In this document: positions 49,593-58,561 of the stretch, piece after piece
How positions within the stretch are numbered: the stretch's first letter is position 1
Layout of the letters: every line of letters begins with the position of its first letter
IMG/VR virus record: IMGVR_UViG_3300023275_000004
Location: 1-64,000 of that record
Direction: 5' to 3' (one strand)
Length of the DNA: 64,000 nt
Origin: a virus
Lineage: Duplodnaviria > Caudoviricetes
Position numbers and translations under genes: made by a program
The notes under the pieces: model-generated
Told to the model about the DNA's origin: nothing
The model's database searches: none
The model's input: only the letters and a program-made list of their open reading frames with translations

Positions 49593-50249
49593 TCAGATCT
49601 CCTTGACTGTGGTCATACCTTGCCTGTTAAGTTCAAACCTGTATCTTTTATCGGCAAGATCTGAATAGGCGTCTGAGTGAGTAACCATGACAAACTGAAT
49701 GCCAGCCTCATCAGCAAGCTTTCGTAGAAACTCTGCCATCCGCCCTTCATACTCCTGAGAAAGCATACCAAAAGTCTCATCCAAGAAAATTACTGACTGT
49801 TGAGACTTCTTGCTCAGCAGCATGATCACCACACGCAGCAAGAAACCTACGACCGAAGCTAAACCTCCACCGCGAGAAGACATCACATCAGTCTCAATAA
49901 TTTTTCCGTCGGGAAGAGTTGAACGCACCAGGAAACTTACTTCTGGCCTAGCTCCATTCATCGACTGCTCGATGTGGAAACTAAGCTCTTCGCCAAATAC
50001 TGATTGAAGACCTCGGGTTACTAGAGCCTCCACTTGAGCCTGTGCAGCCTGCTGACGCTGCTCCCCGATAGACCCTAAGACAGCCGCCGCGCGTTCGTAG
50101 GTGGCCTTCTCAGCGGTCAGAGCCTCCACCTCAGCTTCAGTCTTGATTCCGTTAGCTCTGATTACCCTCGCCTGTCCTATTTCCTGATCGACGGAAGATC
50201 TTGCTAAGCGGATTCTTGTGGAGAGACTTTCTAACGTCACGCTGCTCAT
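49593..50249 (-). CDS. SbcC/Rad50-like ABC ATPase, C-terminal half only
   Basis: Coiled coil, SRGGG signature, IFLDETFG Walker B, MVTHS H-loop; no Walker A. Confidence 0.8.
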   Translation of the reverse strand: MSSVTLESLSTRIRLARSSVDQEIGQARVIRANGIKTEAEVEALTAEKATYERAAAVLGSIGEQRQQAAQAQVEALVTRGLQSVFGEELSFHIEQSMNGARPEVSFLVRSTLPDGKIIETDVMSSRGGGLASVVGFLLRVVIMLLSKKSQQSVIFLDETFGMLSQEYEGRMAEFLRKLADEAGIQFVMVTHSDAYSDLADKRYRFELNRQGMTTVKEI

Positions 50250-50842
50250 CTAAATAAATTACCTCTCTAGCTACAGCAAGGGCATAGTAGAAATTTTGCG
50301 CAGTTACAACTTTAGCACCACCAAGTTGATTGATCTTTGAATCTGGATCTCTACGCTCTTCAGCTTCCCAGATCTTATAGTGCTGATCTAACATCTCAGC
50401 TTTATCCCTTAACCAATCAGCTAGGGATACCGAAACTCTCAAATTAGCAATTGCTCTTTTGCCAGGGCGCAAAGAAATATCCTGCTCCAGGATATTTGCT
50501 GCCTTGTTGAGAATCTTAGCCTGCTCACAATAATCTTTAGCGGGCTCGTTAGCTTCACTCATGACCATACCTATCTCTTAACACTGCTTGAGTATTTTCT
50601 GGTAAATCGGCCAAGGTAACCACATTAAGCGCTAAAGATATCCCCATACCTAGACCATCAATAGCTTTGACAGCTTCAGGATGGAGACCTTCCATAGTCA
50701 TTACTTCAACCATCAGGCGCATCAAGTCCTGAACATTCACGTATAACTGGCCGTCAAGGTCAGCTTTTCTAAGATTAGATGACATATTTTCCCTCCCTAT
50801 ACAAGTTTAGCCGGTAAGTTGGATCTCTCCTAACTTACCGGC

Positions 50843-51157
50843 CTAGTTCTCTAGGGACTTGAATACCCTAGCCAACACTGTCTTTTGTTCTTTAAGCGCT
50901 GCAAGGACAACACGATGATGACCGTCCTCAAGATAAAAATCATTATTCCAAATAATAACATGAGGAAAAGCGTCCTTGGAATATGAAAGAGCGTTACTAA
51001 ATAATGGATCTATAAATACGCCACGTTGGGTAAGTACTAAGTCTTTCAACACTACTTTTTGAATAGGAATGGCAAGCCATAGCTTTGAAGTTAGCCCAGA
51101 TACAGGATAAGGACGTTCATCAATAAATCCTTTAAAAGGTAGGTAGTCGGTAGCCAT
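50843..51157 (-). CDS. ParB-like small protein
   Basis: LVLTQ...PHVIIWNNDFYLEDGHHRV. Confidence 0.6.
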   Translation of the reverse strand: MATDYLPFKGFIDERPYPVSGLTSKLWLAIPIQKVVLKDLVLTQRGVFIDPLFSNALSYSKDAFPHVIIWNNDFYLEDGHHRVVLAALKEQKTVLARVFKSLEN

Positions 51158-51176
51158 GACTTTTCCAAAACCTTTC

Positions 51177-51264
51177 TGGCGGTGTCTACAGGATTTGAAC
51201 CTGTGGAAGTTTTACCTTCTCTGGTTTAGCAAACCAGTGCAATAGACCACTCTGCCAAGACACC
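51177..51264 (-). tRNA. tRNA-Ser(GCT), CCA encoded
   Basis: Cloverleaf with long variable arm; CTGGT-TT GCT AA-ACCAG. Confidence 0.9.
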
Positions 51265-51290
51265 AAACGGGCAACTATCTGCCCTAAAAC

Positions 51291-51707
51291 TTAGAACGTA
51301 CTGTAATTACAAGATACGCTCTCTGCTGGACCATCTTTATCGAGTACCCTGCCATCAATATCGGTGATCCTGCAAGTCAAATCCTGTCCATCCTTAGTTG
51401 AGGAGGCAGTAATTTTTGTGGAGCTAGAAAGGTAGTACTTGCTGAACGGAAGCTCAACAAAACCTTCCTTCTTATCATCTTCATTAACTGAGTACATAGA
51501 AATCTGTGCTGAAATTCCTGTACCTTCAAGCTCTATGTGCATTTGAATTCTATCTACTGGCTCATTTGGTCTCTCATGTCTACTACCCACAGTCCCATAC
51601 GCTATATAAATATACCCTAGCGCTAGAACAAAGAGAGTTGCCATGATCAGAACGAAATTCTTCCTCAACTTAATCCTTTCTAAATTGTGCAACAGCTGAG
51701 TTAGCAA
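51291..51707 (-). CDS. MmpS-like membrane-anchored protein (start uncertain)
   Basis: TM helix plus LTCRIT..DG.V......VSC. Confidence 0.55.
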   Translation of the reverse strand: MLTQLLHNLERIKLRKNFVLIMATLFVLALGYIYIAYGTVGSRHERPNEPVDRIQMHIELEGTGISAQISMYSVNEDDKKEGFVELPFSKYYLSSSTKITASSTKDGQDLTCRITDIDGRVLDKDGPAESVSCNYSTF

Positions 51708-51909
51708 ACATCATGGCAATCTGAAGATGCTTGATAGCTTCTACTTTTTCATCACAATCAGGAAGCTTCTGCTGCCACTCATAAGCAAGATCACCAATAG
51801 TTTCTCGTACAGACTCATGACTAAGCACTTGAGCCAGACTTGTAGGACGATGGTATCTGAACTTATTAGCTACTCGCTCAAGCTCGGCAGGATCATATCG
51901 GCTTTCCAT
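51670..51909 (-). CDS. Acb2/Tad1-like helical hairpin protein (DUF7681-like)
   Basis: F.YH.P...HE.VR...LA...LP...EK..AI..L..AMM.AN.AVA pattern. Confidence 0.6.
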   Translation of the reverse strand: MESRYDPAELERVANKFRYHRPTSLAQVLSHESVRETIGDLAYEWQQKLPDCDEKVEAIKHLQIAMMFANSAVAQFRKD

Positions 51910-52123
51910 TTAGCCTCCTCAGAAAAAAACAAGGGCGATAACTACAACTACACTCAAAATAGAAATAAGAATTAGTTTCTTGTTATACTGACGCTGAGGC
52001 TTAGTTCCATGATATTGGTGCCAAGCATCCCTAGCATATTTTTGCTGTGCTTTTCTATCTAGATAGCGTCGCCACCAAGGATAATCCTTAGACATAGGCA
52101 CTCCTTATTTAGTTTTTATAGAG

Positions 52124-52211
52124 CGGAAGAGGTAGGACTCGAACCCACACGGGTGTTACCCCCAACAGTTTTCAAGACTGCGACCCATAGACCGACTTGG
52201 CTTACTCTTCC
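52124..52211 (-). tRNA. tRNA-Ser(TGA)
   Basis: GCAGT-CT TGA AA-ACTGT, long variable arm, GTTCGAG T-loop. Confidence 0.85.
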
Positions 52212-52883
52212 AGCGCTGTTTTTGATATACGGAATGGAACAGCAAAACCATCCCTGAGTACTACGATCTTCCGCTAGTCCCTCTACGCCTGCCTAGTAGA
52301 CGCCTGCGCTCAACCTCACCAGCAGTAGCCGAATAAAGATAGTCAGGATACTTGCGCTGAACCCTAGAAACTCTCGTCTCTGGAGTAGGGTTACTGGCAA
52401 AAGCCCTCTTTATTGCTCTGATAACCCAGCTAGGACGTTTGTCTGCCATCATCGCACCGCCGCGTAAATAATTCCTGCAACGCCAAGAACGGCGATAAGC
52501 AGAAGTCCAATAAGGATCGCCCCAATTAGACCATACACGTTCATACTACGCTTAGCCATAATTTCTCCTAGTTAAGAAAGATCGAGAGAATGTTCATCAC
52601 AATTACCAGCAAAATCAAAGTACCATACACTACTCCGACTGCGATAAATAAATGCTTTAGTTTAAAATTACGATCTCTTGACATCTATTCCTCCATTTGC
52701 TGTCGCGGACCCTCTACATAATAGAAAGGAATAAAATACTTTGTCAAGGGTTCGTCGGTAGTTTGATTTTATCGATTGAACTCATCAAGACTGGAGGTTT
52801 CGCACCAAAGAGTGCCTGAAGGAAGCCAACTTTGGTACCAGGTTTTAACTAATGTAGATTTATAATTTTCAATATCTTTCACG

Positions 52884-52958
52884 TACTCCATGTCAGATTT
52901 GAACTGACTCTCACGAATTTATAAGATTCGCCCGTTTACCAGAGATCGGCTATGGAGC
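52884..52958 (-). tRNA. tRNA-Ile(TAT)
   Basis: CGAAT-CT TAT AA-ATTCG; acceptor GCTCCAT/ATGGAGT, discriminator A. Confidence 0.75.
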
Positions 52959-53024
52959 ATAGCCCCCGTTTGCGCTGGATATCACAAGCGACTTATAACC
53001 CGCACGGAGACAAACACGGGATTT

Positions 53025-53161
53025 AGAGTGTGAAGAGAATTGAACTCTTCCAGCGGACTTGCGCAAGTCCTTTTTTCCACCAAGATTTTATTATGCGGAG
53101 TCGAACCGCACTCCCGTCCAGGAAAATGTTGGAATCGAACCAACGACTGCCATTTACACCC
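53025..53161 (-). ncRNA. tRNA-like RNA with three T-arms
   Basis: GGGTGT/ACACTC closing stem; GTTGG-TTCGATT-CCAAC, GTGCGG-TTCGACT-CCGCAT, GAAGAG-TTCAATT-CTCTTC. Confidence 0.65.
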
Positions 53162-53167
53162 TTAACG

Positions 53168-53243
53168 TCCTCGCACTAGGATTTGAACCTAGGACCTCTC
53201 GTTTATCAGACGAGTGCTCTAAACCTGACCGAGCTATACGAGG
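53168..53243 (-). tRNA. tRNA-Ile(GAT)
   Basis: CTCGT-CT GAT AA-ACGAG. Confidence 0.9.
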
Positions 53244-53258
53244 TTGAAATTTAATACG

Positions 53259-53336
53259 TCTGACAAGGAGGAATCGAACCCCCGCCCTCTTGAAGAAACA
53301 CACCTCAAGCGCTCTCACCGCTAGAGCTATTGTCAG
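53259..53336 (-). tRNA. Non-canonical tRNA (extended anticodon arm, identity undetermined)
   Basis: Normal acceptor, D and T arms; anticodon arm CTTGAGG-TGTGTTT-CTTCAAG. Confidence 0.65.
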
Positions 53337-53444
53337 CCAGAGAAGGCCGCTGAATCTCCGTCTCCCACCAATTAGCTAGCTTCGGTCAGTAAGTCAGTAA
53401 CCCCTACTGTGGACCTAATGCTACCTAATGGATGTTTATTCACG

Positions 53445-53527
53445 TGTACCAGGAGGGAGTCGAACCCCCGAACCCGAAGGAATGGTTTTACAGACCACCG
53501 CAACTAACCGACAGTTGCCTCTGATAC
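53445..53527 (-). tRNA. tRNA-Tyr(GTA)
   Basis: GTGGT-CT GTA AA-ACCAT, variable arm with UUCG loop. Confidence 0.85.
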
Positions 53528-54033
53528 ATGAAGGATCTTTTTAGTTATTTAGCTGGCAGCCAATCCTTCAACCTCTGCCGCGCCTCTTACGCTTTAAATA
53601 TTACTACCTGCTTGGTGTGTTGTCAAGTCCTAGGTTGTGGCAGCTACGTAAATCGAGTAGACAATATAGCCTACCAGCAGCAGTAGGAACAACACAACGC
53701 CAATTTCTAGCAAGTTGGTGATGAATTTTCTCATACTATCACCCAAACATTATAACTGCAAGGATGATTGCTAGGACTATAAACCCACCAAGAATAACAG
53801 ATGCCTTGGTATACGGGGAAGAGCCTTTCTGTCTGTGTCTAGCCATAAGTTTAACTCCCTCTGTATTATGTGGTCTAAGCCTAGCACTTGATTACTAGGC
53901 TGTCAACCTCTCACCAGAAGTCGCCTGAGCTAATATCCAGGCCACAACATATAACGATAATCAAAAAAACCACTACTACCGCTACCACAATAGCGGGGAA
54001 AGAGATCTTTACTTTAGTCTTCAAGTTTTCCTC

Positions 54034-55224
54034 CTATAAGCTGTAACCTGTAAGACTTCCTAGAAGCATTTGCTGGACAACGCCGACCAGCCCTGCCTCT
54101 TCATTTTGGAGAAGAATAGGACTCTTACGACTCTTAACATCTTCTCCGAGCATGAACTTACAGGTATCTACTTCATTCACTGCTAACAATTCTAGCAGAT
54201 ACCCATGGTGAACTGTCAAGGTGCGACTTTTGCCCTTCCAGCCCGCCTCTATGATTTCCTTAGACTTGTTGCCTAGTTGGTCACGGGTAGAAACCTCTAT
54301 CGAGTCCTTAGACAGCTTGAGAGCGATAGCGCTAGTGTCCTCATCTGCGCACAGCCTCACATGCTTGATGGCTGCGATCAGCTTAGACCTGCTAACAGTA
54401 AGTTCCAGATCGTTAGCAAGTGCGGGCCTCAAAAAAAGCTGCTCAGCGTGAGGAAATTTCGCCTTAGCTTTTTCCACCAGCAGCAAAGTCTTGTCAACCT
54501 TGAACACCAGTTCATTTTCTGTCTCAGCTACTACAAGATCGTCTGAGACAGAGGCACCTACAATCTTGGAAATCAAATCAATGGAGCCCCCAGGAATCTG
54601 CATAGCCGGAGCCTTAACTACCGCCTGCTGAAACCTAGCTCCATCACAAGCTGTCATCTTGTTCTGACTAAGATTGATCATCTTTAGTCCCGGTCGAGCA
54701 CTGTCCTTGGCCACGGCATACTTAACAGAGTAAAGACCATTCAAGAAATTTTTGCGATCGATAACTACCGGCTTTGTTCCAACAAGGCTAGGAGTTTGAG
54801 GAAACTTTAAACCCTGCATACTTCTCAGCTCCCAAGAAGCTCCGCCGATCACAACAATGATAGAACTTCCCGTAACTTCAATGTCTACCTTGGCCTCAGG
54901 CACGCTGCGCAGGATCTCTAGGATAATTTTTGCAGGAATCATCATGGTTCCATTAGCAAGAGGCTCAAACATTTTGGTCGAAACGATCATTGTGTGATTG
55001 CCGTCCGTACCAGTGATTTTCAGTGTTTCACCAACTTCAATCTTGAAATTAAGGATCACTGAACTATCAGACTTAACGGGAATTACCGCAGAAACTTTAT
55101 CCAGCAAGGCTAAAAGTACCTGCTTGTTTGCAGTAAATCTAACTGAGTCAAAGTCCTGCTTCTGCTCTGGCTCGTAGGCTACTGCTGTCTTATTGGACTC
55201 CAGATACGCAAGAACATCTGTCAT
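54034..55224 (-). CDS. dnaN: DNA polymerase III beta sliding clamp
   Basis: LKITGTD, AVAKDSARPGL, ACDGAR, three-domain size 396 aa. Confidence 0.88.
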   Translation of the reverse strand: MTDVLAYLESNKTAVAYEPEQKQDFDSVRFTANKQVLLALLDKVSAVIPVKSDSSVILNFKIEVGETLKITGTDGNHTMIVSTKMFEPLANGTMMIPAKIILEILRSVPEAKVDIEVTGSSIIVVIGGASWELRSMQGLKFPQTPSLVGTKPVVIDRKNFLNGLYSVKYAVAKDSARPGLKMINLSQNKMTACDGARFQQAVVKAPAMQIPGGSIDLISKIVGASVSDDLVVAETENELVFKVDKTLLLVEKAKAKFPHAEQLFLRPALANDLELTVSRSKLIAAIKHVRLCADEDTSAIALKLSKDSIEVSTRDQLGNKSKEIIEAGWKGKSRTLTVHHGYLLELLAVNEVDTCKFMLGEDVKSRKSPILLQNEEAGLVGVVQQMLLGSLTGYSL

Positions 55225-55475
55225 GGCCTACCCTCAAACATATCTAGCAGTTCTTGTATTTGAACAGTCTTGTCAGCTAACCTTACTTCCATTTCAGCTA
55301 GCAAGGCTAAAGCTTCTTCCTTAGTTGTAACTTTGTACTGAGTCTTTAAAATTTCTTTTGCATTAGCTACATCAGCCCTAGCAACCTCAGCCTTATGTTC
55401 AGCCATAAGCTTAGCCTTAGCTGCTGCCTGCTCTCTGGCCTTCAAGGCTTGAATTTCCTGATTAATGTCTGACAT
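55221..55475 (-). CDS. Small coiled-coil protein
   Basis: GAGGAG RBS before MSDINQE; coupled to dnaN. Confidence 0.55.
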   Translation of the reverse strand: MSDINQEIQALKAREQAAAKAKLMAEHKAEVARADVANAKEILKTQYKVTTKEEALALLAEMEVRLADKTVQIQELLDMFEGRP

Positions 55476-55485
55476 TATTTTCTCC

Positions 55486-56316
55486 TCAAATAAGGCCGGG
55501 CATCCCCAGGCCCACAAGGTTAGGCTTCTTATACTTTTCACAAGCATGCTTTACCTGGCACCAACTACAACCAGCTACGTCATCTTTTGGGCTATGATCT
55601 TCCGTCCAAACCGCACGAAGCATGGTCATAATACGAGCTAGCATTGCTCGCCTGTCGTCATTAGTGAAGTTGAACTCTAAGACTTGCTGATCACACATAG
55701 GCTGAATAAGTCCAGACTTCACTGGTGATTCACCCATCATAGCGTAGACAGCTAGGTCGTAAAAAACCAGTTGCCCTAGAGTCTTCTTCCAATAGTTGTT
55801 ATCTGCTGTAGCCTTAAGATCCCAGACGTTGTAATGGCTGTTTTCTCGTACTAGCAGGTCGAATTCTCCAGTAAGGAAAATTTCTGTTGGCTCGTTATTG
55901 ATTCCTGGCAACGTCATGGGAATCTTGAAGCGCTTAGCTGGCTCGTAGTCAAAGGGCACTACTAGTCTGAATAGAATTGGCTCCAATTTTTTTGTCAGAG
56001 TTATGCAGAACTCTCGAAGATCTGCCTTATCAGTCTTGTGCTTCCACTTAACAATTCCGTCACCAGTCTCCAGCGCCTCACGCTCGCAGCTCTCCATGTA
56101 GTCATCAACCATCTGAGGCATGATGCCAGGCTGAGGATCATCTAACCAATTACGCATGATACGGTCAACAACAGTTCCATGAAAAAAGTTTCTACTGTCT
56201 TTAACAGGACTAGATTTGCGTTGACTAATCAACCAGCCCTTTTGCTTACACATTTCCCAATTTTGAAGGCTGCTCCACGATACTCTAAACGGCTCCATAG
56301 TCTTTAATTCACTCAT
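55486..56316 (-). CDS. PD-(D/E)XK / Cas4-like exonuclease
   Basis: SWS...W.MC, GEFDLL, VWDLKA, QL.FY, CSWC..K..C cysteine cluster. Confidence 0.85.
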   Translation of the reverse strand: MSELKTMEPFRVSWSSLQNWEMCKQKGWLISQRKSSPVKDSRNFFHGTVVDRIMRNWLDDPQPGIMPQMVDDYMESCEREALETGDGIVKWKHKTDKADLREFCITLTKKLEPILFRLVVPFDYEPAKRFKIPMTLPGINNEPTEIFLTGEFDLLVRENSHYNVWDLKATADNNYWKKTLGQLVFYDLAVYAMMGESPVKSGLIQPMCDQQVLEFNFTNDDRRAMLARIMTMLRAVWTEDHSPKDDVAGCSWCQVKHACEKYKKPNLVGLGMPGLI

Positions 56317-56393
56317 AAAAAATCATCCTAGCTTCTCTAGTTGGCTTACCTATATTACCAGGCGAGCGAACCTCGGGAGAAGCTAGGATGATT

Positions 56394-56855
56394 TTAACCA
56401 GAATACGGTTTGCCTAATTTAGAGAGTGCTGCTAAGAGCTTTTTTTGTGAGTCTCCGCCCATTTTAAACTCTATGTGAGAGTGAGTTTCTGCTTGTGACC
56501 ACTGTTTTTCCTCGTCAGTCATTTGTCCGGGAATTTTTCCTTTGCTGTTATAGATGAATGACTTTTCGCCAGGGATCTTTTTCAGCGGAATAGCTTGATC
56601 TTCTTGCCATGCCACCTCTTCCCAATCATCTTCAAACACTAGCTCTATTAGATACCTATCAAAAGCTTTATTAAGGATGTAGTAGCTCCAAGCTTTAGTA
56701 CCATAATAGATCTTAGTTGAACCTTTAGGAAAACTGAACTCGTCAGTCTTAATGAAGCCCTTTGTTCTCGTAAAACTCGCTGTAAAAGTCTTCCCGACCC
56801 CCGGCCTTAGTATCTGTATATCCGAGTCTCTAACTAACCTAACTTTGTGTACCAT
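56394..56855 (-). CDS. Hypothetical protein
   Basis: 153-aa ORF. Confidence 0.5.
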   Translation of the reverse strand: MVHKVRLVRDSDIQILRPGVGKTFTASFTRTKGFIKTDEFSFPKGSTKIYYGTKAWSYYILNKAFDRYLIELVFEDDWEEVAWQEDQAIPLKKIPGEKSFIYNSKGKIPGQMTDEEKQWSQAETHSHIEFKMGGDSQKKLLAALSKLGKPYSG

Positions 56856-56872
56856 GTCGCTCCCCTCTCTAG

Positions 56873-57862
56873 CTACAGAGTACTACAAACAGCTTCAGAT
56901 AACAAGGACTCAACTAGCGCCTCCAAGTCCTTCCCTAATCCTAGTGTTTTTACATGATCCATAACAGCTTCTAAGCTAGTAATTTCTACGGTCGTTTGTC
57001 CAATCGAAGCAAGGAACGAATCAAGCTCTGCTTGTACGGTCTTGACTTCACCAATTTCTTGAAGACGAAAAACCTGTGTTGCTGGCTTAGCATCCAATGG
57101 TATGAACTCAAATTCACCAGTAGTGGAGTCCCATAATGTAACTCCAACTTGCCGAGTAAGATGGGATTCTGTAAGACTTCCTCGGGAGAGTGCACCATTA
57201 TTGCAGAATCGTACTCCGCCAACATTATATGTTCCATGCGGATCGTGGATATGCCCATAATACACAGAACCATGTCGACCCATGTGTAGCGCAAATTTCT
57301 CGGGATAGTAGACCTCTGCATTTTCATACTTCGGCTCCTTGCCAGGAGGATAGAAGGGTGCGTGCGTGATAACTAGCGCAGGAACACTACCATCATACAA
57401 GTCTTGCCATTGTGCCAGAGCTTTAGAGACCTCTGCTTCTTGTACGCTCTCGTCAGGATTATCCCAGTCCTGTAACCAGGGTACGCCATAGATAGGTAAG
57501 CCTTCTGCCCAGCCCTGAAGCATTCTAACGGACTTTGAACGGATGACTGCCCCTAGTGGTTGGCCCTCGTGTAGTGAGGCTAGACGATCGTTTGACAGAT
57601 CATGGTTACCAGGTACTACCCACACAGGACAGGGAGCGTTAGAAGCCCAGTCAATCGAACGAATAACTAATTTATAAGAATTTCTGCTAGGCATCTTGAT
57701 ATGAAACCAGTCGCCAGCCTGAATAATCCCCTCACAGTTATTCTTCTTAGCAACAGCACTGGCTTGATCAAGTAAATCAAATAGATCTTCAAGATACTCG
57801 TCAGTGCAGGACGATGGAGGACGATCAGCAAGGTGAACATCTCCAATAAGCAAAAATTTCAC
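56873..57862 (-). CDS. sbcD: SbcD/Mre11-like metallophosphoesterase nuclease
   Basis: DVH, GDWFH, GNHD, ITH, GHIH, NNGALSR. Confidence 0.85.
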   Translation of the reverse strand: MKFLLIGDVHLADRPPSSCTDEYLEDLFDLLDQASAVAKKNNCEGIIQAGDWFHIKMPSRNSYKLVIRSIDWASNAPCPVWVVPGNHDLSNDRLASLHEGQPLGAVIRSKSVRMLQGWAEGLPIYGVPWLQDWDNPDESVQEAEVSKALAQWQDLYDGSVPALVITHAPFYPPGKEPKYENAEVYYPEKFALHMGRHGSVYYGHIHDPHGTYNVGGVRFCNNGALSRGSLTESHLTRQVGVTLWDSTTGEFEFIPLDAKPATQVFRLQEIGEVKTVQAELDSFLASIGQTTVEITSLEAVMDHVKTLGLGKDLEALVESLLSEAVCSTL

Positions 57863-58561
57863 TTGTGCTCCTGATAAGTAGCTGGCAGGTTTTCTAATTG
57901 AGGATCATTAGACCATAAATTTGCATTAACGCCTTGCATTAATCCTATCCAAATAAAAAGGAAGGCAAGTAGACCAAGTAACAGCCTTGGTCCAACTTTA
58001 GGATCTTTAATAAATTCAATAAATAAACGTAACCAACTCATAGTTCCTCCAAAATGAAAGTAGGGAGAGCCTTTTGACTCTCCCTACTAGCTTAACATCT
58101 TCTAGCCGTCAACGAACTCTGTCAAGTCCGTGATCAGGTTACGAGCCTCGGTGCGCGAGATTGGAAGGTTACTGATCATCGAGTTGCCCAAGCTAGCACA
58201 CTGTGCGTGAATTCTGATGATCTCGGAAGTCTCATATTGCTGCTTAACATTAGCAAGCAGAGCATGTGCAGAATCCCAATTCAGTAGGACAGTAGTGCTG
58301 CCAGCCTCAAGAAGAAATACTTGCTGAGTACGAAGCTTAAGAGTAGTTGACATTAGACGTAGCTCCACTTCTTACGATCGAATCCTGCGGCGATAAGAAA
58401 ATCTGCAATCTCAAGTGCCCGACTGGAAGGCATCTCACGCCAACCATAGGTTACAAAAACTTTCTCGATGGGAGCATCAGCAACTTCTCGAAGCTCTCGG
58501 GCAGAAGTAATTACATAATAATCCTCTCCTGCCTTCCAACCCTGGTCGTTTGCCCACGCAT

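Noticed and set aside
53059-53247. Plus-strand ORFs over tRNA regions (also 61820-62050)
   Set aside because: Antisense translations of tRNA and tRNA-like genes
55486-56316. Cas4-like gene as part of a CRISPR-Cas system
   Set aside because: Stand-alone in a replication/recombination cluster, which is common in phages; no other cas genes
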